This document shows positions 55,244 through 63,998 of a stretch of DNA of 64,000 nucleotides, piece by piece. The translations under genes were made by a program, and so were the position numbers. Numbering within the stretch: the first letter of the stretch is position 1; each line of letters opens with the position of its first letter. The DNA is from Candidatus Methylomirabilota bacterium (GTDB taxonomy: Bacteria > Methylomirabilota > Methylomirabilia > Methylomirabilales > 2-02-FULL-66-22), in the NCBI GenBank assembly GCA_026387775.1, contig JAPLLC010000106.1:2004-66003 (forward strand), in the 5' to 3' direction. The notes beneath the pieces were generated by a model. It made no database searches. It was not told the origin of the DNA and saw nothing but the letters and a program-made list of their open reading frames with translations.

Positions 55244-55270
55244 ATCAAGAGGCGGTCAAAAGAAGGGCCA

Positions 55271-55290
55271 GAAGTGTCAAGAAGTATCAA
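55271..55290. promoter_or_regulatory. 10-bp tandem direct repeat (minus strand TTGATACTTC TTGACACTTC), candidate KdpE box
   Basis: Read directly. Lies upstream of the putative -35, with the helical-turn periodicity typical of OmpR-family sites. Confidence 0.35.
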
Positions 55291-55364
55291 GATCTAAGGG
55301 GCAGGACAGCCCGATCGCACGGCCTTTGCCCGCTCCCAGGGCATTCCCGTCCCTCGCTTTCGGC

Positions 55365-55392
55365 TTGACAGCAGGGTCGGCGGTGGTAGTGT
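55365..55392 (+). promoter_or_regulatory. sigma70-like promoter for the histidine kinase gene
   Basis: TTGACA (55365..55370), 16 nt spacer, TAGTGT (55387..55392). Confidence 0.3.
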
Positions 55393-55476
55393 CTTGCCGC
55401 AAGTACGCCTCCCGTTTCTCAGGCGGGGGAGGCCGCACGCGGCCCTCGGGCCGCATCGCCGTGTCGGAATAGATCC

Positions 55477-57244
55477 ATGAATATCCGCACGAAGCTCCTC
55501 ATCGGGTATCTCGTCTTCACGGCAACCCTGGTCATCCTCGGGGGTTGGAGCGCGTGGCATCTCCGCGAAATGGGCGGGGTGTCTCGAAACATCATCGCGA
55601 ACAACTATGACTCGGTCATCGCCGCTCAGGACATGCGGGACAGCCTGGAACGCCAGAACTCCGCAGCCCTCTTCGCCCTCCTTGGCCATCGCGAGCAGGC
55701 CCTCAAGAGGCTGAGCGAGTACCGCACACGCTTCGATGCGACCTTCCAGGGCGCGGCGAACAACATCACGGAGCCGGGCGAGGGCGATATCATCGAGGCA
55801 ATCCGCCGCCACCGAGATGCATACTATCAGCAGGTGGACGCATTTCTGGCGGAGATCAAAGCAAGCCGTAATATCCCCTCGATGGGTGCGGGCACGTCCG
55901 GGGCGGAGACTCCCGGGGGGAGCGAATCCTTCATCCGGCTGGAACCGTTGATCAATCAGCTCCGCACCGATTGTGACAACCTGCTGCAGATCAACCAGCG
56001 GGCGATGGTCGCCAAGTCCGAGGCGGCGGCAGGCGTGGCCCAGCGGTGGTTTGTCGCGACCCTCCTCATCGCGGGGTCGCTCGTGGTCGCGGGGCTCATT
56101 TTCGCATTTTTCCTCGCCAACCGGATCGTCGGTAGGGTTCAACAGGATGGCGGAGCGCATCCGACAACTCCGCCGCTCGGACCTCGGCAAACTTGTGATT
56201 GCTCAACAGACGACGGAAGCCGCGATCGACTCGCTGTATGATCCGGTGATCGTCACGGATGACCAAGGAGGGGTGACCAAACTCAATCCTGCCGCCGAAG
56301 AGATTTTCGGATCTGAAAGGGAGAATGCGGGCAAACATATTGAAGAGATCGCCCGGGACAGCCGGATCGCCGTGGCGGTCTCCGAGGCGCTGAGCTCGCA
56401 ACGCCCGGTCGCCGGCGAAGGCGCCGCCTCGGTGTTGCCCCTCGACGTGGACGGCGCGGAGCGGGCGTTCCGGCTCCGTACGACGCCGATGCGCGACGAC
56501 GAAGGCCGCCTTCTCGGTGCGGTCACGCTGCTGGAGGACATCACGCACTTGCGCGAGATCGACCGTGTCAAGTCCGAGTTCATCGCCACGGCCTCGCATG
56601 AGCTGCGCACTCCGCTGACGAGCGTCCAGATGAGCGTGCTTCTCCTCCTGGAAGGCGCGGTGGGCGTCCTGACGGACAAGCAGCGGACCGTCTTGCAGGC
56701 CTGCCGCGAGGACTGCGAGCGTCTGGAGAAGTTGATGCGCGACCTCCTCGATCTCTCCAGAATCGAAGCGGGCGAGAGCGCGCCGAATTGCCTGGCCGTT
56801 CGCATCGGTGATCTCGTTCACGCCGCGACCGGCCCGCTTCGTGGTCGAGCGGAGGCGAAGCGGATCGCCGTGGCGGAGGATATTCCTGCGGACATCCCGC
56901 CGGTGCTGGCGGATCGGCCCCAGATCGAGCGGGTCATCACGAATCTGGTGACGAACGCCCTGCGGTATACCGACGCAGGGGGATCGATTCGAATTCAGGT
57001 GGCGCAGCGCGAAGGGCACGTCGCCGTCTCCGTGAAAGATTCGGGCCGCGGTATCCCCCCCGAGTATCTTCCGCACATCTTTGACAAGTTCGCCCAGGTC
57101 CCGGGCGCCCCATCCGGAGGCGCCGGGCTGGGTCTCGCCATCTCCAAGCGAATCGTGGAGGCGCACGGCGGACAGATCGTCGTGAAATCACTCGTTGGGC
57201 ATGGGACCACGTTCACATTCACTCTGCGAGCGGCCCAATCATAG
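55477..57244 (+). pseudogene. membrane sensor histidine kinase (helical sensor, TM, HAMP, PAS, HisKA, HATPase) split by a +1 frameshift near 56131..56140
   Basis: ORF 55477..56241 ends inside the HAMP helix (FLANRIVGRV...). ORF 55973..57244, in the +1 frame, continues ...GFNRMAERIRQLRRSDL, a PAS domain, H-box SHELRTPL, and N/G boxes. Confidence 0.7.
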
Positions 57245-57280
57245 CTGGCTCCAAAGCCGGCAGACACGCGAGGGTAGGGT

Positions 57281-58051
57281 ATGGCAAAGCGTATTCTCAT
57301 CATCGATGACGAAGATCACATCCGGCAAGTTATGCGCATGACGCTGGAGGCGTCGAACTATGAGGCCGGCGAGGCGGCGGATGGTCCTCAGGGGCTCGAG
57401 ACGTTTGGCGACGGCTCGGGGTGGGATGCGGTGTTGCTTGACCAGAAGATGCCCGGGATGGATGGCCTGGAGACGCTACGACACCTGAGGGAGCGAAATC
57501 CGGGCGCGCGGGTCATCATGGTCACGGCCTACGCATCGATCGAACTCGCCGTCGATGCCATGAGACTGGGTGCCACCGATTTCGTGCGCAAGCCCATGAC
57601 GCCAGAAATCCTGCGCAATGCCGTGATCGCCGCGCTGGCGAAGCCGGGCCCCACCTCTCCCCCGGCCGGTGAGCCCAAAGGAGGGGCGGTTGAACTCGGG
57701 CCGGTCGTCAGCAGGCTGACCTTGAACGGCTTTCGCCTCTGGCCCATTGCCTGCGCGACGGACGAGTCCCATGGCCTACACCGGCGCCGGTTCATGGTCC
57801 GGCATCCCGAGGGGAGAGAACAGGAGGTTCTGGTCGAGATTGAGCCCGAGGCCGTGGATTCCATCGAGCGCGCGGCCCACCGTCGTCTCCCCGTCGGGAG
57901 CGCCTTCTGGACGGCGCTGGCCGAACGCCTCCTCAATTCGGTCCTGTGGAACGAAGGGAAGGTCCCTGCCGGCGGCAAGCTGACGATTGATGGCGGCAGA
58001 ATCGACCGCGAGGCCGTCCAATTGGCCGCGGGGTGGGATCGCGAGGCTTAA
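57281..58051 (+). CDS. response regulator with receiver domain and uncharacterised C-terminal domain
   Basis: Receiver motifs ILIIDDE, LLDQKMPGMDG and KP. The roughly 120-aa C-terminus has no recognised output domain. Confidence 0.85.
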   Translation: MAKRILIIDDEDHIRQVMRMTLEASNYEAGEAADGPQGLETFGDGSGWDAVLLDQKMPGMDGLETLRHLRERNPGARVIMVTAYASIELAVDAMRLGATDFVRKPMTPEILRNAVIAALAKPGPTSPPAGEPKGGAVELGPVVSRLTLNGFRLWPIACATDESHGLHRRRFMVRHPEGREQEVLVEIEPEAVDSIERAAHRRLPVGSAFWTALAERLLNSVLWNEGKVPAGGKLTIDGGRIDREAVQLAAGWDREA

Positions 58052-58201
58052 ACCGAGATTCCCGCGCAATCGTCTCGCGACAAGAGATCGCGTTCAGCAG
58101 ACGCGCCCCCGGCCTGGTGCGCCTCCCGCCAATCATTTCGAAGCTCTCAAAATCTGCCGGTGACCATCAGTCAACGCATGAGGCTCGACTGCGGAGGCGA
58201 A

Positions 58202-58224
58202 GCCCCGGGGCAAGCGGCCGGGGC
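58202..58224. terminator. GC hairpin between convergent genes
   Basis: GCCCCGG, 9 nt loop, CCGGGGC, immediately after the kimA-1 stop. No clear U-tract. Confidence 0.3.
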
Positions 58225-60042
58225 TCAGTCGCCGAGGTGATAGGGCACGCTGATGCTGATCTTGCCAGGCCTAAAGAGGAGGGATGCCTTGATCAAGAAG
58301 GCGGTCTGGTTGTGCAGGAAGTGCTCCCACCAGTGGGATGGGATGAATTCCGGCAACACCACGGTCAGGTATCGCCCATCGCCTTGACGTTCCATCCGGT
58401 CAATGTACTCGAGCAGGGGTCGGACAATCGAGCGATAGGGCGATTCCAGGACCACCAACGGGATGTCCGGCTCCCATTCGGCCCAGCGCAGACGGAGCTT
58501 CGTCGTCTGCGTGGGGTCGAGGTCCACGGTCAGGGCGGTGACGTTCGGCGAGATGGACCTGGCGTACTCTAGGGCCTCGATCGTGCCCTTGTGGAGGCCG
58601 GCGACCAGAACCACCACAGGGTTCTTGCCGATCCGCGGGCGATGCGCCCCTTCGAGCGTGAGCTGTCGGGCCACCTCCTCGTAGTGCCGCCTGATCCGGA
58701 GCAGCCCCAAGACCATGATGGGGATCAGTACGATGACGATCCAGGCACCCAGGGCGAACTTGGACACCGCGATGACGATGGTTACGATCCCCGTCGTCAC
58801 CGCCCCGAGAGCGTTCAGGAAAATGTGGTGCGGCTTGGGGCGCTCATTCTTGAGCTTGAGCCAATGGCGGACCATGCCCGCCTGGGACAGCGTGAAGGAC
58901 AGGAACACACCGATGGCGTAAAGCGGGATGAGGGCGTGTACGTCGCCCTTGAAGGCCACGAGCAGAAGAATGGACAGGGCCGACAGGATCAGGACGCCGT
59001 TGCTGAACACCAGTCGATCGCCCCGGTTGGCCAACTGGCGCGGCATGAAGCCGTCCCGGGCCATGATGGAGGAGAGGCGAGGGAAGTCCGCAAAGGACGT
59101 ATTCGCCGCCACCAAGAGGATCAGCATGGTGGCGAACTGGATGTTGTAGTAAAGCAGGTTCTGTCCGAAGATGTTGCGGGCCAGGATCGAGGCGACCGTC
59201 TCCGCCTCTTGGGGCACCACGTTGTAAGTGTGGGCCAGGTATGTGATGCCCAGGGAGGTGCTGGCCAGGATCGCCGCCATCCAGATCATCACGGTGCCGG
59301 CGTTGCGGGGTTCCGGGGGGCGGAACGCGGGAATGCCGTTGCTGACCGCGTCGGTTCCGGTGAGTGTGGCGCAGCCGCCCGAGAAGGCGCGCATGATCAG
59401 GAAGATGTTGAGGGCGTGCGTTGCCCTGATCTCTTCCGCGGGGAGGGGCTGGACGGTCCCGGTGACCACCCGATAAAACCCCATCAGGATCAACAGGACC
59501 ACACTGCCGATAAACCAATATGTCGGGACAGCAAACAGCCGTCCGGACTCGCGCAAGCCTCGCAGATTCGCGATGGCGATCCCGATCACGGCCAGCACAC
59601 AGATGGTCACGTGCCACGGGAGGAGAACCGGGAAGGCCGAGGTGAGGGCCGCGATGCCCGAGGCGACGCTCACGGAGACGGTGAGGACGTAGTCGGTGAG
59701 AAGTGACGCGCCGGCCACGAGGCCGGGGAGCGTCCCCAGGTTGTCGCTGGCCACGATGTAGGAGCCGCCGCCGGAGGGATAGGCATGGATCGTCTGCCAG
59801 TAGGAGCTGGCCACGATCGCCACCAAGGCGGAAATGCCGATTCCAATGGGGATGGACCACCACAGGGCGGCCGTGCCGGCGGTCATCAGCGCCAGCAGCA
59901 CCTCTTCCGGGCCGTAGGCCACCGAGGAGACGGCGTCTGACGAGAAGACCGCCAACCCGGTGATCTTTCCGAGCCGCTCGTGCTTCTCGGCGGAGCTGGC
60001 CAGCGGCTGGCCCAAGATGATACGCTTCAGAGAGTTCGGCAT
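58225..60042 (-). CDS. kimA: KimA-family K+/H+ symporter (APC superfamily with C-terminal cytoplasmic domain), paralogue 1
   Basis: N-terminus LKRIILGQPL.S....HERLGKITGLAVFSSDAVSSVAYGPEE...YPSGGGSYIV and C-terminal ...LPEF....WWEHFLHNQTAFLIK...VPYHL closely parallel B. subtilis KimA as I recall it. GGAGGTG RBS. Confidence 0.75.
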   Translation of the reverse strand: MPNSLKRIILGQPLASSAEKHERLGKITGLAVFSSDAVSSVAYGPEEVLLALMTAGTAALWWSIPIGIGISALVAIVASSYWQTIHAYPSGGGSYIVASDNLGTLPGLVAGASLLTDYVLTVSVSVASGIAALTSAFPVLLPWHVTICVLAVIGIAIANLRGLRESGRLFAVPTYWFIGSVVLLILMGFYRVVTGTVQPLPAEEIRATHALNIFLIMRAFSGGCATLTGTDAVSNGIPAFRPPEPRNAGTVMIWMAAILASTSLGITYLAHTYNVVPQEAETVASILARNIFGQNLLYYNIQFATMLILLVAANTSFADFPRLSSIMARDGFMPRQLANRGDRLVFSNGVLILSALSILLLVAFKGDVHALIPLYAIGVFLSFTLSQAGMVRHWLKLKNERPKPHHIFLNALGAVTTGIVTIVIAVSKFALGAWIVIVLIPIMVLGLLRIRRHYEEVARQLTLEGAHRPRIGKNPVVVLVAGLHKGTIEALEYARSISPNVTALTVDLDPTQTTKLRLRWAEWEPDIPLVVLESPYRSIVRPLLEYIDRMERQGDGRYLTVVLPEFIPSHWWEHFLHNQTAFLIKASLLFRPGKISISVPYHLGD

Positions 60043-60129
60043 GACACCTCCACCAGGGGGTTGCGCGGACCCTTGTCCGATCGGGCAGATGATAGGCCCG
60101 AGGTCAGACTCGCGCAAGCTCTTCAGAAT

Positions 60130-61941
60130 CTATTGATTGAGATGATACGGGATGCTGATCGCCACCTTACCGCGCCGGAAGAGGAGCGCGGTCTTGAGGA
60201 GCAGGGCCGTCTGGTTGTGGAGCAGGTGCTGCCACCACTTGGCCGGCAGAAACTCGGGCAGGATGATGGTCATGTAGTCGCCGTCGCGCTGCTTCTCCAT
60301 CTGGTCGACGTAGTGAAGGACAGGTTGGAGGACGGAGCGATAGGGGGAATCCAGGACGATGAGCGGGACCTCGGGGAACCATTCCTGCCATTGCCGTTGC
60401 AGGCGCGAGGTGGCAGTGGGATCCAGGTCCACCGTGATAGCGGTGACGTTTGGCGAGATGGCCTTGGCGTACGTGAGAGCGATGACGACCCCTCGGTGGA
60501 GGCCGCCCACCAGGACGACGACCGGATGCCGGCCGAGCTTCGGGGGCGAGAAGCCCTGCACCGTGAGTTGCCCGCGCAGGGACTCGTAATGGCGGCGGAC
60601 GGCGAGGAACATCGAGACGAGCGTGGGAATGACGATAACGACGATCCAGGCCCCGTGCACGAACTTGGTGACCGTGATGACGCCGACGACAACGGCCGTG
60701 ACCAGCGCCCCGAACAGGTTGACCGCGGCCCGGACGTGCCACCCGGCGCCCCGCTCGCGCCACCAGTGACACACCATCCCCGCCTGGGACAAGGTGAAGG
60801 CGCTGAACACGCCGATCGCGTAGAGGGGAATGAGGGCGTGGGTGTCCCCCTGGAACACGACGAGCAGCAGGCACGAGATGGTGGCGCAGATGACGATGCC
60901 GTTGCTGAAGACCAGCCGGTCGCCGAGATTGGCGAACTGCCGGGGCAAGAAGCGATCCTTCGCCATGATCGAGGCCAGCATCGGGAAGCCGGCGAAGCTG
61001 GTGTTAACGGCCAGGAGCAGGATGACCGCAGTAGCCGCCTGGATCATGTAGTAGATCCAGCCCCGGCCGAAGATCTCGGTTCCGAGCAGCGACATCACCG
61101 TCTCCTCGGCCCGGGGCACGATGCGGTAGAAGTTCGCCAGGTAGGTGACGCCGATCACCGACGTCGCGAGGATCGTGGCCATCCAGATCAGCGTAATGCC
61201 CGCGTTCCGGGACTCCGGCGGCCGGAAGAACTGCACGCCGTTGGCGACGGCCTCGGTGCCGGTTAGGGCGGCACAGCCGCCCGAGAAGGCGCGAAGTATC
61301 AGGAAGATCGTCAACGGCTCTTCGACCGGGACGGCGGGCGGCGTGGGGGGGACCGCCCCGGTGGCCAGCCGGTAGAATCCCCCGGCCATCAGCAGCCAGA
61401 GGCACGCGACGAACCAGTAGGTGGGCACCGCGAAGATGCGCCCGGTCTCTCGGATTCCGCGGAGGTTCGCGGCCATGATGAGCACCACGCAGCTCACGCA
61501 GATCGCCACGCGGTGGGGGTAGAGTTCCGGAAAGGCCGAGGTGATGGCCGCGACCCCCGAGGCCGTGCTGACAGAGACGGTGAGGATGTAATCCACGAGG
61601 AGTGCCGCCCCCGCGACGAGGCCCGGAACGGCGCCCAGGTTGTCGCTGGCGACGACGTAGGCGCCCCCCCCCGACGGGTAGGCGTGGATCGTCTGCCAGT
61701 AGGAGGTGGCGACGGTGGCAGCCAGGACGGCGATCGCGAGCCCGATGTAGGGCCCGCGTTGGAGTGCCGCGACGCCGCCCAGGACGAGGACGAGCAGGAT
61801 CTCCTCTGGGGCGTAGGCGACGGAGGACATCAGGTCGGAGGCGAAGATCGCGAGAGCGGGAATCTTGGCCAACCGCTCGTGCTTCGCCTGGGCGGTCGAC
61901 ATGGGGCTTCCGACGAGGAGGCGCTTCAGGGCCGTGATCAT
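60130..61941 (-). CDS. kimA: KimA-family K+/H+ symporter, paralogue 2
   Basis: Same architecture as paralogue 1 and roughly two-thirds identical to it by eye. Starts 9 nt after the trkA stop. Confidence 0.75.
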   Translation of the reverse strand: MITALKRLLVGSPMSTAQAKHERLAKIPALAIFASDLMSSVAYAPEEILLVLVLGGVAALQRGPYIGLAIAVLAATVATSYWQTIHAYPSGGGAYVVASDNLGAVPGLVAGAALLVDYILTVSVSTASGVAAITSAFPELYPHRVAICVSCVVLIMAANLRGIRETGRIFAVPTYWFVACLWLLMAGGFYRLATGAVPPTPPAVPVEEPLTIFLILRAFSGGCAALTGTEAVANGVQFFRPPESRNAGITLIWMATILATSVIGVTYLANFYRIVPRAEETVMSLLGTEIFGRGWIYYMIQAATAVILLLAVNTSFAGFPMLASIMAKDRFLPRQFANLGDRLVFSNGIVICATISCLLLVVFQGDTHALIPLYAIGVFSAFTLSQAGMVCHWWRERGAGWHVRAAVNLFGALVTAVVVGVITVTKFVHGAWIVVIVIPTLVSMFLAVRRHYESLRGQLTVQGFSPPKLGRHPVVVLVGGLHRGVVIALTYAKAISPNVTAITVDLDPTATSRLQRQWQEWFPEVPLIVLDSPYRSVLQPVLHYVDQMEKQRDGDYMTIILPEFLPAKWWQHLLHNQTALLLKTALLFRRGKVAISIPYHLNQ

Positions 61942-61950
61942 GACAAGGGC

Positions 61951-62616
61951 CTATGCGGGTCCGACCAGGGTGTTCTTGAGGGCCTGCTCTGCGGCCACGG
62001 TGCTGATGGCCAGGATCTCGTCGCCCGACTCGAGCCGGGTGTCGCCGCGCGGGACAAGCAGCTTGCCGCCGCGAATCACGCTGGCGATGACGGTGTCCGC
62101 CGGCAGGTTGAGATCGCGGATCGCCTTGTCTCGGCAAGGAGAGGTCTCGGGGAGGCACAGCTCTACCAGCGCGGCTTCTCCTCGGTTGAGCTTGAGGAGC
62201 GTGACCAGTTCGCCAAGGCCGATCTCCTCTTCGATGACCTTGGCGGTGAGGTGCACCTGGCTGATGGCGACGTCCACCCCCCACGCCTTGGTATACAGCC
62301 ATTGATTGCGCGGATTGTTCACGCGTGCGATCACCCGGCGGACGTGAAAGTGGTGCTTCGCCATCCGGCAGACAACCAAGTTGTCCTCATCAGAATGCAG
62401 GACCGCCACGACGAGGTCCGCTTTCGCCGCACCAATCTGTTCAAGGATCTGCGGACTGCAGCCATCTCCACAGATAACCTCCCCTTCGATCTCCTGGCGC
62501 AGCTTGGCGACCACATCGGGTCGGCGGTCCACCACCTTCACCTGATACCCCTGGGACTGCAAGTCCTGGGCAAGGTACGAACCTCCCCGGCCGCCGCCAA
62601 CGATCACTGCAAACAT
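61951..62616 (-). CDS. trkA: TrkA/KtrA-family RCK protein (RCK_N + RCK_C)
   Basis: VIVGGGRGGSYLAQDL Rossmann motif, 221 aa. AAGGAG RBS. Confidence 0.85.
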   Translation of the reverse strand: MFAVIVGGGRGGSYLAQDLQSQGYQVKVVDRRPDVVAKLRQEIEGEVICGDGCSPQILEQIGAAKADLVVAVLHSDEDNLVVCRMAKHHFHVRRVIARVNNPRNQWLYTKAWGVDVAISQVHLTAKVIEEEIGLGELVTLLKLNRGEAALVELCLPETSPCRDKAIRDLNLPADTVIASVIRGGKLLVPRGDTRLESGDEILAISTVAAEQALKNTLVGPA

Positions 62617-62632
62617 GAGACACTCCTTGCCG

Positions 62633-63280
62633 TCAATGAGCGATCAGTTTTTCCAGCTTCGGGATCGCGGCCGCCATGGCAGTGACGTGCAGGACGTCGC
62701 CGGACTCCACTCTGGTATCGGGCGACGGGATCGATGCCTGACCCCGCCGAACCAGCGCTGCGACTACAACCTCTCCGGGGTTCGCGAACTCCTTGATCAT
62801 CCGCCCGTTCAGCCCCTTTGGCACCTCGATGGTCGCCGATTCGACCTCACCGCTTCCCAGAGCGGCGACGGCGGTCATGAGGGGGTTGGTGATCATGGTC
62901 TTCATGGTATTCGCGGCCCAGAGGGTCGGGGTGACCGTCGGGATGCCTTCGCGGCGATAGATCTCGGCCGCTTGCGAATTATAGATCCGTGCAACCACGT
63001 GGGGGACCCGAAAGGTCTCCTTGGCGGTCACGGCGGCTACGATGTTGGCGTTATCGCTGTCGGTCGTGGCCGCGAAGGCCGCGGCGGTCTCGATGTCCGC
63101 CTTCTGCAGGATCTCGCGGTCAAAACCTACCCCGGTGAGCATCCGTCCGGTGAACTCCCGGGAAAGCCGTCCGAAGGAGAGCGGGCTCTTGTCGATGACG
63201 ACGACGTCGTGCCGTTCTGCCGACAGGGCGCTGGCCAGGTGGGACCCGACCCGGCCGCAACCGACGATGATGACTCGCAT
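62633..63280 (-). CDS. trkA: TrkA/KtrA-family RCK protein (RCK_N + RCK_C)
   Basis: MRVIIVGCGRVGSHLA Rossmann motif. AGGAGG RBS lies 5 nt before the ATG at 63280. Confidence 0.85.
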   Translation of the reverse strand: MRVIIVGCGRVGSHLASALSAERHDVVVIDKSPLSFGRLSREFTGRMLTGVGFDREILQKADIETAAAFAATTDSDNANIVAAVTAKETFRVPHVVARIYNSQAAEIYRREGIPTVTPTLWAANTMKTMITNPLMTAVAALGSGEVESATIEVPKGLNGRMIKEFANPGEVVVAALVRRGQASIPSPDTRVESGDVLHVTAMAAAIPKLEKLIAH

Positions 63281-63373
63281 GGGGACCTCCTGCGCCGCCA
63301 TTTCGGCAAGACCGATGGCGACGAAACCCTCGGAGCCGCAGCCTCTCCGCGGCTCAAAAAAAACCGGCGACGA

Positions 63374-63402
63374 ATGCTACGACCGAGCCCCTCCAGTGTC
63401 AA
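63374..63402 (-). promoter_or_regulatory. sigma70-like promoter of the trkA-trkA-kimA-kimA operon
   Basis: On the minus strand: TTGACA, 17 nt spacer, TAGCAT. A roughly 90-nt leader follows, with two hairpins. Confidence 0.45.
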
Positions 63403-63467
63403 GGGGGGAAAAGCGACCGTCTGGAATGGCCTACCTTGTCACACCCGGAGACGGGCGATCGCGCCCC

Positions 63468-63998
63468 TCACGGGGTGGCGGGAGGAACGGTGTCGGCGGG
63501 AGGCGGAGGCGCGGGGGCCGGAGGGGGGAAGATGGACTCCCGCACCACGCGGTGAAATTCGGCCAGCCCGGCCGCGTATCGAACCACGAGGGCGAGGGCG
63601 ATGCCCAGCCCGACCACCGGGGTGCCGACGATGAAGGCCAGGGAAAAGAGATGCCACCCCTGCATGCGAACGATCTTGATGACGAACCAGACGAGGAAGA
63701 TGCCGAGGACGATCGCCAGGTTTCCGGCCGTCTTGGCCGGCGTGAGCAGCGTCGCCCAGGCGTGCCGGTAGAGCAGGTACCGCTCGGTCAGCCGGTCGGG
63801 CGGGAGGACAATCTCGAGCATCCAGGAGAGCGGGGAGCGACGCACGCGCTCCTGTGGGTGAATCCGGGGAATTCGCAGCCACTTTTCGCCCACCACCTCG
63901 CGCAGCGAGTCGATGATCATGCCGACCGGGAAGGCCATCAGCACGGCCGCGACCACGAAGTACGGGAAGAGTCCCTCGCCGCTCAAGATCTCCTGCAT
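63468..63998 (-). CDS. hypothetical membrane protein with Pro-rich C-terminus
   Basis: Three or four hydrophobic segments. No family recognised. Confidence 0.45.
   Translation of the reverse strand: MQEILSGEGLFPYFVVAAVLMAFPVGMIIDSLREVVGEKWLRIPRIHPQERVRRSPLSWMLEIVLPPDRLTERYLLYRHAWATLLTPAKTAGNLAIVLGIFLVWFVIKIVRMQGWHLFSLAFIVGTPVVGLGIALALVVRYAAGLAEFHRVVRESIFPPPAPAPPPPADTVPPATP

Noticed and set aside
55294-56190. 298-aa minus-strand ORF overlapping the kdp/HK intergenic region and the HK gene.
   Set aside because: It is antisense to a well-supported sensor domain, has no motifs, and spans promoter DNA. I treat it as a shadow ORF.
63333-63363. Hairpin GAGCCGC..GCGGCTC next to an A8/T8 run, considered as an intrinsic terminator.
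   Set aside because: The orientation is wrong on both strands. On the plus strand the stem is followed by A8. On the minus strand the T8 precedes the stem. It also lies downstream of the predicted operon promoter, so I treat it as part of the leader.
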